From Schizochytrium sp. TIO01 (taxonomy: Eukaryota; Protista; Bigyra: Labyrinthulomycetes): a stretch of DNA of 64,000 nucleotides. Positions 36,001 through 45,423 of this stretch are shown piece after piece. The stretch spans positions 8,979,230 through 9,043,229 of the forward strand of contig SMSO01000032.1 in the NCBI GenBank assembly GCA_004764695.1, read 5' to 3'. Numbering within the stretch: the first letter of the stretch is position 1; each line of letters starts with the position of its first letter. A program made the position numbers and the translations under genes. Below the pieces are notes generated by a model that saw only the letters and a list, made by a program, of their open reading frames with translations, made no database searches and was not told where the DNA came from.

Positions 36001-36382
36001 CATTCCTCCCGCTACAACTTTTGGAAATCTTACTCTAACAGTTGACTGCACTCTGAACGAGACAGATACAAACTATTGTCAGTTGTCCAAACACCATATC
36101 GATGGAATTTGCGAAGACTATGGATTTAGCTCTGATAGCTCAATCGTTGCCTATGATTCCTGTCAAAGCTCTAGATCTTCATCAAGTGTAGCCACTGAGA
36201 GCACAGGTTCTGCTCAAACTCTATATATTGCTATTCCAGTTGCAGTTGTTTGTGCTCTCACCATGTTAGCAGCCGTGGCCGTATTTATGATCATTCGTAG
36301 GAAGAGGCAACTTCATCGAAGTCAATCCGGAAGCGTTGTTATCAAACAAGGCAATGTTGTAGACAAGCCAGATTATTCATAA
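33041..36382 (+). CDS. G8-domain plus beta-helix type-I membrane protein (CEMIP/TMEM2/fibrocystin-like family), 1113 aa
   Basis: Signal peptide; G8 start W...TWGSAVPADGEDVTLP; TWSRLATTA; AEVGLLSHNIIIQG; GVELYRMGQ..LARYPFHFH; IHGT; GHCFY..EDGVEENN; C-terminal TM segment followed by RRKR. Confidence 0.93.
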   Translation: MAKQRKALSSVLALAALLCLTIPKSLAASCTVTSTTTAPAYPSDSGFDTSKLISIAKATEVVQLRVTPNSPPDGWNSRTSCPFDEDADELLPWEDVSTWGSAVPADGEDVTLPENSRVLISGCSVSADTVYGLITIPATSELVFADEDIMLNTTGISVDGKLVLGSETCRLHSDISITLHGSRPSSFPVSPHYKGITAQGNGVLDVHGSIFHPTWSRLATTASASDTQIYLQHKVNWQAGQQIVVVATELKDSRDWHHNEVRTISKVEISGKFSRITVTEALNYTHYGGSEYQAEVGLLSHNIIIQGDITSEGTDSDDDICYNSEYGSYPCIDKHLTGYGGHTLGNGTNATVRFEGVELYRMGQTNVLARYPFHFHHMGEGGVDSYLKHSSMHHTFYRCATIHGTNHSLISDNVAYDAIGHCFYSGEDGVEENNTLAYNLAAHVHFLGYPQRSGNQYMNTVIQNSTLTQPADLTASPFYITRAYNRYYGNAASGGYSGFAIVRMPAPIMDYRDWDFPKGGLPENRPFLEFDGNTCHSSGFWWNSAACIYVGGLLTHVNSSSSLLQYNPGRTTSSRNTVCDLGDDAYSCPLAMNNTKVFLSNWGVTNWGKRGTFNSMEVHDTTRPVGVLGEHFLNNILFVCRSGNFEPVQSGTDKYSKRWFYSSYVGYETYDVDQRHIIDGIIMRKCGNPERDSPIWRFATHSDQYVPGFQEVINDVTYDQCNKTVLFSETVSAYLSVSGYLANLLDADGSLSGDGNGPRIVGSGREGIEFWELDDNCTLINDYYSCDAISPITGKKRGIASFTVQFDPTLVEQFSEVSICSNGAYKSIDCPRVGSVMRIGQEGEPSEVGLPIEGNAVISGATGGFGFLLLFDSGSPVEAVFLKAQIDEDDLLIIAMPYPAGSVFNMTYRSAYWCYQWHSLDYCEHNFSSAASLQAVINGNGDLYYFDTSRGLLFFRYVQQSPHRADYSESPAYGQLGLSYYERAGFRIPPATTFGNLTLTVDCTLNETDTNYCQLSKHHIDGICEDYGFSSDSSIVAYDSCQSSRSSSSVATESTGSAQTLYIAIPVAVVCALTMLAAVAVFMIIRRKRQLHRSQSGSVVIKQGNVVDKPDYS

Positions 36383-38019
36383 TTGTTTAAGTTGTTTTAA
36401 TTTTGATATATTTCCAATTTAAAAATAATTTTAAAAAAGCACATAGAAATGACTTTGAACTAATGATGATTCTTTCAACTTGTTCGGCTTTTTAACATTA
36501 TTATCTGAAGTCTTGAAGTTGAACTCAATCCCCCCTCTTTAATTAATTAAAATAAGGAGATTATAGTCCCTTTCTCTAATATTCCATATAGGGTATATCC
36601 TCATTAATTCTACTAGGTAGTACATTCTTAAAGATTTAGATTTACAAAAAGTGAATCTTACAATTCGCATTCTAGACTTTTGCATACTAATAGATATTAG
36701 ATCTGAAAAAGTTCCATGAATACCTAGATACTATTACTATGAAGATTATATAATTTAGATATGGGGAGCGGACTTCGATCATAGTGTGTAGCTTCTAAGT
36801 GAAGGCACGAGTACTAAATCCCTACTGAAAGGTGATACTAATTAGCGTGAGGTTGACTGTAAAGATGAGGGCTAGAAGCTTGATGAAGGTTATAAGAAGG
36901 TTGATTTAAGTGTTAGCGAACTGCTGTCCTGAAGAATGAATTCCAGGACAGATGGATTCATGTAGTAATTAGGGAGATTAAGACATTCTTGAATGTGGTT
37001 AGAGATAATCGATGGGGTTAGGTTATCCAACCTTCTCCAACCATCGATTCAAGCTAAAACAAGCTTGGGTGTCGGTGATGTGTATTCACACTTCCTAGTT
37101 CTTGGCTTCAGCAGCTGGCTGCCTATTCTTGTTCTAATGTAAACCTTACCTCTATTGGGTTTTACAAAGGGACGCCAAGAACTCTAGCAATGTCTTGTCC
37201 ACTAGTTCCTTCGATTGGAGATCTCAGCAATCCCCCGATTTGGAATTTGATTAATATCTATCTACCGGCTACCTGTACTGGGTTGTTTAAATAATAATAT
37301 ATTTCCTCTCTTTTTCCCTTTTTCCCTTTCATTATTATTATTATTTAAATCTAAAGTGCGCTTCTCAAGCACTTCATTGGTAGAATCTTTGAGTAAAAAT
37401 AGCATCTGCGGATCAATTAACTTGCAATATATAGAGCCACAAAGTAAGTTCCGCAGCATTACGACACCCTCAAGTATGGCAGTGATATCTACCCTTCGGG
37501 TAGTCTATTGCCCTCTAAGGCACAGCCACGATGTGACTATCATGTCATCCAAAAGCAAATTAACAATATGCAGGAACTCCTCTAACAAATCGTGATCTCG
37601 AATTAAAACAAATCGTGATCTCGAATTAAATTAAACAGGGGTCTATGACCCTACGACTTTGCCGAAATGTTCCTTCTCCTCCACTTAGTGAGGTCAGTAC
37701 TGTCGCGAAAGTCAGGGTCGTCTCGCAAAACTAAGTTGATGTCTATTCGACTCCGGGACTCTTATCGACGGCTTGTTGTCACCTTTACGTCAGAATACAC
37801 ATCATTCTTTTCAATCTTCAATACTTTCAGCCCCACGCAAATCCGTTTGGAGTTCGTTCCTATACCTCAGGATGACGAGCATTGCGGCAACTTCGGGATA
37901 GTCCGTAACTTTAAATATTGCACATCACGGATGGCTATCCGTTCAAACAGGATCTTCTCCAGGACATTCGATTGAACAAAGGTATCACGGTTGCAGTGAA
38001 TCGAATATGTACAAACAAG

Positions 38020-38475
38020 AAACTCGTTTCCTCGTCACCCTCGACTCATCAGAGACCAAGGCTCAGCTCCAACTTTATACCATAGACCATTTGTTATGTA
38101 GTCAATATATTGCGTTCCCTAACAAAAACCTCTTGGACTTTCTTCGCGACCCTGAGCCTTTCCTGACTGTCCAGACCAAACCTTATAGCGGTCCCTAACA
38201 TCGAAGTTACGCATTGCCCAGTACTCACAGAAAAAAGAAAGCCCATCGAAATGCTTTGCCTGATATCCAACAGAATATTGACACCAAAGACTCCGCTTCG
38301 ATGTTCTTATATGCAATTACGTTCCCGGACGCCACTCTCCACACAATCTCCTATGCATTTGCTGCCCAGAATCTACGTAACCTCTCCAAGGACGAAAACC
38401 GTCCCTTTCTCCTCCAAAAGAGTCAATGCCATAATGTTGCCACCTGGATCTGAAGCTCTTTTGGCCCTTCAAGAT
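38020..38475 (+). pseudogene. Degenerate copy of a dispersed, formerly coding sequence (partner at ~730-1150)
   Basis: See the 730-1150 feature. Fragmented ORFs 38007-38198 and 38214-38453 align with fragments near 760-1100. Confidence 0.5.
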
Positions 38476-39384
38476 AAAATGCATAGGAAATAAGTATTCC
38501 GAGGGAATTTATCTCATGGTGATCGCGCGTTCGAAGTACCGAGTCTTAATAATACCCTATCCACTATCTAGAGGTACCTATCTCTCAATACCTATCTCTA
38601 CTTACTTCGCTAATCATGAAATCTTCTTTTAGTTATTAGGCACCCATACGCGTTACTTAACTTTATCTTAATTTTTAAACCCACGTCAGACCCGCCCACC
38701 CTACTATTCCTATCTAATGAAAAACGTTCATAAAGTTGAAAAATAAAAGCTTGCAATCATTTCCTTGCTTTCTTTCGGACTATATCCTCTTTATATATCG
38801 CTATTCCAGTCACATTGTTTATTCAACATGGTAGGTACTCTTACTCTTGGTCTGTTAGTGAGAAAGTTACTCAAAGAAACTCTAATGAATGCTAAAAGCA
38901 ATAGAACTATTCGAACAACACTCTCAACTGAAACTCAAAGTACTATGTGAAGTGTATATGCTAACGAACTGAGTGAACACGCACATTTTTTTTTTGGGGG
39001 GGGGGCAAGGTGAAACTAATAATGAGTTGAGAAAAGGTTTCGATCTGTGCCAAGCCTAATTTAAAAGTAAGCCTCAACGGATATATTTGAGGCGCTTTGA
39101 TTTTTAGAGTAAAAGAGCCTTTTAGTTTTCAATAGTACCTATATCTACTTCGTCCCTAAACGAGAACTGTACTTGTCTAGAACGTGAGTACGCAAATACG
39201 GAAAAAACCTTGTAGACCTTACCATTGACCTGCAGCTTCGAGTGCAGCAGGTCTTAAACGCTCTGTGAAGACTGACCGTGTTCATCGATTTAGCTGAAGA
39301 CTGCAGCGTAAGCTCGTCAAGCAGTGATTCATTGCTCGAGTGGCTTTCAGGTGCTGACCGCATCACAGTACTACAGACTTCAAG

Positions 39385-42300
39385 ATGTCAGATCATCCAA
39401 GGGTCGTGTATGCGCTTAACGAGCTTCAGAAAGGCGCTACAGAATTAAAGTAAGTTCATGTATTACCTTCTCTGTTTGCGTAACACAATGAAATCCTGAA
39501 AGCCAACCTAGATCACTCACGTCCATGCATGTGTGCATACATCTAATGCAATATAATGTATTGCTTGCCATCATTCAATCAACTCGACAGTCTTTCAAGG
39601 AGTAATATCGGCTCAGAGGGCGCCAAGGCAGTGGCTACGGCGCTGAAAGAGAACCGTTCGCTGACATCACTTGAGTAAGTTGTCTAAGCAGTAGCTCGTG
39701 GACTTGTTCGTACATGGTGCTTGCTTCGTTGTTTGGTGGGTGGTTTTGGTCGGTGTTGTTTTGCAAGTTTATGCAATCCGTTGTTTGTTTGTTTCTTTGA
39801 TGGATGGATGGATAAGTTGTCTGTTTTAGTGAGTATACATCCATCGAACAAAGAGCAAAATGACAACGCAACAAAGATAAATCCTGAAAGCCAACCTAGT
39901 TCACTCACGGCCATGCATGCATGCGTGCGTGCATCTATTGTAATATGTAACGTGTAATGTATTGCTTGCCATCATTCAATCAAATCAACAGTCTTCAAGA
40001 CAACCGCATCGGTTTTGAGGGCGCCAAGGCAGTGGCTGCGGCGCTGAAAGAAAACCGGTCGCTCACATCACTTGAGTAAGTTGTCTACGCAACACCGCAA
40101 CTCGTGGACTTGTTTGTACATGATGCTTGGTTTGTTGTTTGGTGGGTGGGTCGGTGTTGTTTTTCAAGTTTATGCAATCGCTTGTTTGCTTGATGGACGG
40201 ATGGGTTGTCTGTTTGAGTGAATATACATCCATCGAACAAGGAGCAAAATGACAACACAACAAAGATAAATGCTGAAAGTCAACCTAGATCACTCACGTC
40301 CATGCATGTATGTGTGCATCTATTGTAATATGTAACGTGTAATGTATTGCTTGCCATCATTCAATCAAATCGACAGTCTTGGAAGCAATCGCATCGGCGA
40401 CGAGGGCGCCAAGGCAGTGGCTGCGGTGCTGAAAGAGAACCGGTTGCTGACATCACTTGAGTAAGTTGTCTACGCAACAACGCAACTCGTGGACTTGTTT
40501 GTACATGATGCTTGGTTTGTTGTTTGGTGGGTGGGTCGGTGTTGTTTTTCAAGTTTATGCAATCGCTTGTTTGCTTGATGGATGGATGAGTTGTCTGTTT
40601 GAGTGAGTATACATCCATCGCACAAAGAGCAAAATGACAACACAACAAAGATAAATCCTGAAAGTCAACCTAGATTACTCACGTCCATGCATGCATGCGT
40701 GCATCTATTGTAATATGTAACGTGTAATGTATTGCTTGCCATCATTCAATCAAATCGACAGTCTTGGAGGCAACAAAATCAGCGACGAGGGCGCCAAGGC
40801 AGTGGCTGCGGTGCTGAAAGAGAACCGGTCGCTGACATCACTCAAGTAAGTTGTCTACGCAACACCATAGCTCGTGGACTTGTTTGTACATGATGCTTGG
40901 TTTGTTGTTTGGTGGGTGGGTCGGTGTTGTTTTGCAAGTTTATGCAATCGCTTGTTTGTTGATGGATGGATGAGTTATCTGTTTGAGTGAGTATACATCC
41001 ATCGAACAAAGAGCAAAATGACAACACAACAAAGATAAATGCTGAAAGCCAACCTAGATCACTCACGTCCATGCATGTATCCAATGTAATGCATTGCAAT
41101 GTAATGTATTGCTTGCCATCATTCAATCAAATCGACAGTCTTAGAAGCAACGATATCGGCTCAGAGGGCGCCAAGGCAGTGGCTGCGGTGCTGAAAGAGA
41201 ACCGGTCGCTGACATCACTCAAGTAAGTTATCTACGCAACACCATAGCTCGTGGACTTGTTTGTACATGATGCTTGGTTTGTTGTTTGGTGGGTGGGTCG
41301 GTGTTGTTTTGCAAGTTTATGCAATCGCTTGTTTGTTGATGGATGGATGAGTTATCTGTTTGAGTGAGTATACATCCATCGAACAAAGAGCAAAATGACA
41401 ACACAACAAAGATGAAATCCTGAAAGCCAACCTAGATCACTCACGTCTATGCATGCATGCGTGCATCTACTGTAATATGTAACGTGTAATGTATTGCTTG
41501 CCATCATTCAATCAAATCGACAGTCTTTTCGACAACTATATCGACTCAGAGGGCGCCAAGGCAGTGGGTGCGGCGCTGAAAGAGAACCGGTCGCTGACAT
41601 CACTTGAGTAAGTTGTCCACGCAACACCGCAGCTCGTGGACTTGTTTGTACATGATGCTTGGTTTGTTGTTTGGTGGGTGGGTCGGTGTTGTTTTGCAAG
41701 TTTATGCATTCGCTTGTTTGTTTGATGGATGGATGATTTATCTGTTTGAGGGAGTATACATTTATCAAACAAAGAGCAAAATGACAACACAACAAAGCTA
41801 AATCCTGAAAGCCAACCTAGATCACTCACGTCCATGCATGCATGCGTGCGTGCATTTATTGTAATATGTAACGTGTAATGTATTGCTTGCCATCATTCAA
41901 TCAAATCGACAGTCTTTCCTACAACTATATCGGCTTTGAGGGCGCCAGGGCAGTGGCTGCGGCTCTGAAAGAGAACCGGTCGCTGACATCACTCAAGTAA
42001 GTTGTCCACGCAACACCGCAGCTCGTGGACTTGTTTGTACATGATGCTTGGTTTGTTGTTTGGTGGGTGGGTCGGTGTTGTTTTGCAAGTTTATTTATGC
42101 AATCGCTTGTTTGTTTGATGGATGGATAAGTTGTCTGTTTGAGTGAGTACACATCCATCGAACAAAGAGCAAAATGACAACACAACAACGATAAATCCTG
42201 AAAGTCAACCTAGATTACTCACGTCCATGCATGCATGCGTGCATCTATTGTAATATGTAACGTGTAATGTATTGCTTGCCATCATTCAATCAAATCGACA

Positions 42301-45300
42301 GTCTTGTTCGCAACCATATCGGCTCAGAGGGCGCCATGGCAGTGGGTGCGGCGCTGAAAGAGAACCGGTCGCTGACATCACTTGAGTAAGTTGCCTACGC
42401 AACACCGCAGCTCGTGGACTTGTTTGTACATGATGCTTGGTTTGTTGTTTGGTGGGTGGGTCGGTGTTGTTTTGCAAGTTTATTTATGCAATCGCCTGTT
42501 TGTTTGATGGATGGATGGATGGATGGATGGATGGATGGATGGATGGATGGATGGATGGATGGATGGATGGATGGATGGATGGATGGATGGCTAAGTTGTC
42601 TTTTTGAGTGAGTATACATCCATCGAACAAAGAGCAAAATGACAACACAACAAAGATAAATGCTGAAAGGCAACCTAGATCACTCACGACCATGCATGCA
42701 TGCGTGCATCTATTGTAATATGTAACGTGTAATATATTGCTTGCCATCATTCAATCAAATCGACAGTCTTGGAAGCAATCGCATCGGCGACGAGGGCGCC
42801 AAGGCAGTGGCTGCGGCGCTGAAAGAGAACCGGTCGCTGACATCACTCAAGTAAGTTGTCTACGCAACACCGCAGCTGGTGGACTTGTTTGTACATGATG
42901 CTTGGTTTGTTGTTTGGTTGGTGGGTCGGTGCTGGTTTGCAAGTTTATGCAATCTCTTGTTTGTTTGATGGATGGATGGATGGATGGATGGATGAATGGA
43001 TGGCTAAGTTGTCTGTTTGAGTGAGTATACATCCATCGAAGAAAGAGCAAAATGACAACACAACAAAGATAAATGCTGAAAGTCAACCTAGATTACTCAC
43101 GTCCATGCATGCATGCGTGCATCTATTGTAATATGTAACGTGTAATGTATTGCTTGCCATCATTCAATCAAATCGACAGTCTTTTGTACAACGATATCGG
43201 CGACGAGGGCGCCAAGGCAGTGGCTGCGGTGCTGAAAGAGAACCGGTCGCTGACATCACTTGTGTAAGTTGTCTACGCAACACCGCAGCTCGTGGACTTG
43301 TTTGTACATAATGGTTAATTTGTTGTTTGGTGGGTTGGTCGGTGTTGTTTTGCAAGTTTATGCAATCGCTTGCTTGTTTGATGGATGGATGAGTTGTCTG
43401 TTTCAGTGAGTATACATCCATCGAACAAAGAGCAAAATGACAACACAACAAAGATAAATCCTGAAAGCCAACCTAGATCACTCACGTCCATGCATGCGTG
43501 CGTGCTTCTATTGTAATATGTAACGTGTAATGTATTGCTTGCCATCATTCAATCAAATCGACAGTCTTCAAGACAACGATATCGGCTCAGAGGGCGCTAA
43601 GGCAGTGGCTGCGGCGCTGAAAGAGAACCGGTCGCTGACATCACTCAAGTAAGTTGTCTACGCAACACCGCAGCTGGTGGACTTGTTTGTACATGATGCT
43701 TGGTTTGTTGTTTGGTGGGTGGGTCGGTGTTGTTTTGCAAGTTTATGCAATCGCTTGTTTGTTTGATGGATGGATGGGTTGTCTGTTTGAGTGAGTACAC
43801 ATCCGTCGAACAAAGAGCAAAATGACAACACAACAAAGATAAATGCTGAAAGCCAACCTAGATCACTCACGTCCATGCATGCATGCGTGCATCTATTGTA
43901 ATGTGTAACGTGTAATGTATTGCTTGCCATCATTCAATCAAATCCACAGTCTTTTCGACAACGATATCGGCGACGAGGGCGCCACGGCGGTGGCTGCGGC
44001 GCTGAAAGTGAACCGGTCGCTGACATCACTCAAGTAAGTTGTCTACGCAACACCGCAGCTCGTGGACTTGTTTGTACATGATGCTTGGTTTGTTGTTTGG
44101 TGGGTGGGTCGATGTTGTTTTGCAAGTTTATGCAATCGCTTGTTTGTTTGATAGATGGATGGGTTGTCTGTTTGGGTGAGTATACATCCATCGAACAAAG
44201 AGCAAAATGACAACACAACAAAGATAAATGCTGAAAGCCAACCTAGATCACTCACGTCCATGCATGTATCCAATGTAATGCATTGCAATGTAATGTATTG
44301 CTTGCCATCATTCAATCAAATCGACAGTCTTAGAAGCAACGATATCGGCTCAGAGGGCGCCAAGGCAGTGGCTGCGGCGCTGAAAGAGAACCGGTCGCTG
44401 ACATCACTCAAGTAAGTTGTCTACGCAACACCGCAGCTCGTGGACTTGTTTGTACATGATGCTTGGTTTGTTGTTTGGTGGGTGGGTCGGTGTTGTTTTG
44501 CAAGTTTATGCAATCGCTTGTTTGTTTGATGGATGGATGAGTTGTCTGTTTGAGTGAGTATACATCCATCGAACAATGAGCAAAATGACAACACAACAAA
44601 GATAAATGCTGAAAGTCAACCTAAATCACTCACGTCCATGCATGTATCCAATGTAATGCATTGCAATGTAATGTATTGCTTGCCATCATTCAATCAAATC
44701 GACAGTCTTAGAAGCAACTATATTGGCTCAGAGGGCGCCAAAGCAGTGGCTGCGGCGCTGAAAGAGAACCGGTCGCTGACATCACTATCGTAAGTTGTCT
44801 ACGCAACACCGCAGCTGGTGGACTTGTTTGTACACGAGGCTTGGTTAGTTGGTTGGTTCGTTGCTTCGTGGGTTGTCTAGTGTGTTATTTTGCCGATGTT
44901 TTTCTTCGCGCCATTGCAAGTTTGTTGTGGAATTGTTTGTTTGGTTGATTGTGGATTTAAAAAAGTGCACGATAGTATCAGCGACTAAATGAAACTGTAC
45001 TGGCAATACTGTGGGTGCCTTTTGATGACGTGAAATTGTTAACTGACGAACGGAGTTGATGTCATTTGGTTTTTACTGATCCTTAGAATGTCCGATGGGT
45101 TGACGGATGAAATGTACAAGGAGCGCCAGTTTAATAAAGAAATTTATTCTGCAAAGGCAAGAAGGAAAATGCTTGAACAGATATCTCGTGAGCTTCGTTG
45201 TATACATGTTATAAACAATGTATTTAGTCTGCCGTTTTCAGTGAAGCGTAGTCTTCTTACACAAGCTTGGCCTGCTAACAGCTCTGGTGAGCTGAGTTCG

Positions 45301-45423
45301 AAAGAGGACTATCTTGCTGCCCAGAAAGTAGAGCTTGATTTGCTGGAAGCTGCAAACGTTGCCTTTCGTGGAGCATTGGGATGTCTAGGCCCTTATATTT
45401 TGAATAAAAATAGTTCTAAATAG
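39385..45423 (+). CDS. 16-exon ribonuclease-inhibitor/NLRC3-type LRR protein (525 aa): short N-cap, 14 x 28-aa LRRs each on its own 84-nt exon, and a ~112-aa C-terminal domain
   Basis: Exon 1 is 39385-39449 ([22 protein letters not shown]; CAAGATG start, GTAAGT donor). The 84-nt LRR exons start at 39591, 39992, 40377, 40762, 41139, 41524, 41913, 42302, 42767, 43180, 43565, 43950, 44328 and 44706, all with CAG acceptors, GTAAGT donors and phase 2. The last exon is 45087-45423 (TACTGAT branch site, TTAG acceptor). Total 1578 nt, in frame with no stops. Consensus [27 protein letters not shown][D/N]. Confidence 0.92.
39491..44835 (+). repeat. Tandem array of 14 exon+intron cassettes (period 377-465 bp, mode 385)
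   Basis: Start-to-start periods are 401, 385, 385, 377, 385, 389, 389, 465, 413, 385, 385, 378, 378. Introns are near-identical, and length differences come mostly from a GATG microsatellite. Confidence 0.97.
42506..42590. repeat. (GATG)~21 microsatellite expansion inside an LRR-array intron
   Basis: Directly visible; other introns carry about 2-9 copies at the same site. Confidence 0.95.

Noticed and set aside
39591-44789. CRISPR-like repeat/spacer reading of the LRR array
   Set aside because: The constant part is ~360 bp and the variable part is in-frame codons within canonical GT-AG exons. The host is eukaryotic and there are no cas genes.
39591-44789. DGR-like adenine mutagenesis (variable codons are often NRC or NAT, derivable from AAC/AAT)
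   Set aside because: No reverse transcriptase or invariant template repeat is in the window, and there are exceptions (CGC, AAA, AGG). Fixed third positions are also expected under positive selection plus conversion.
39635-44793. Many repeated short ORFs (MLCCHF..., HPSIHPSI...) in the ORF track
   Set aside because: They are antisense or intron read-through translations of the repeated introns.
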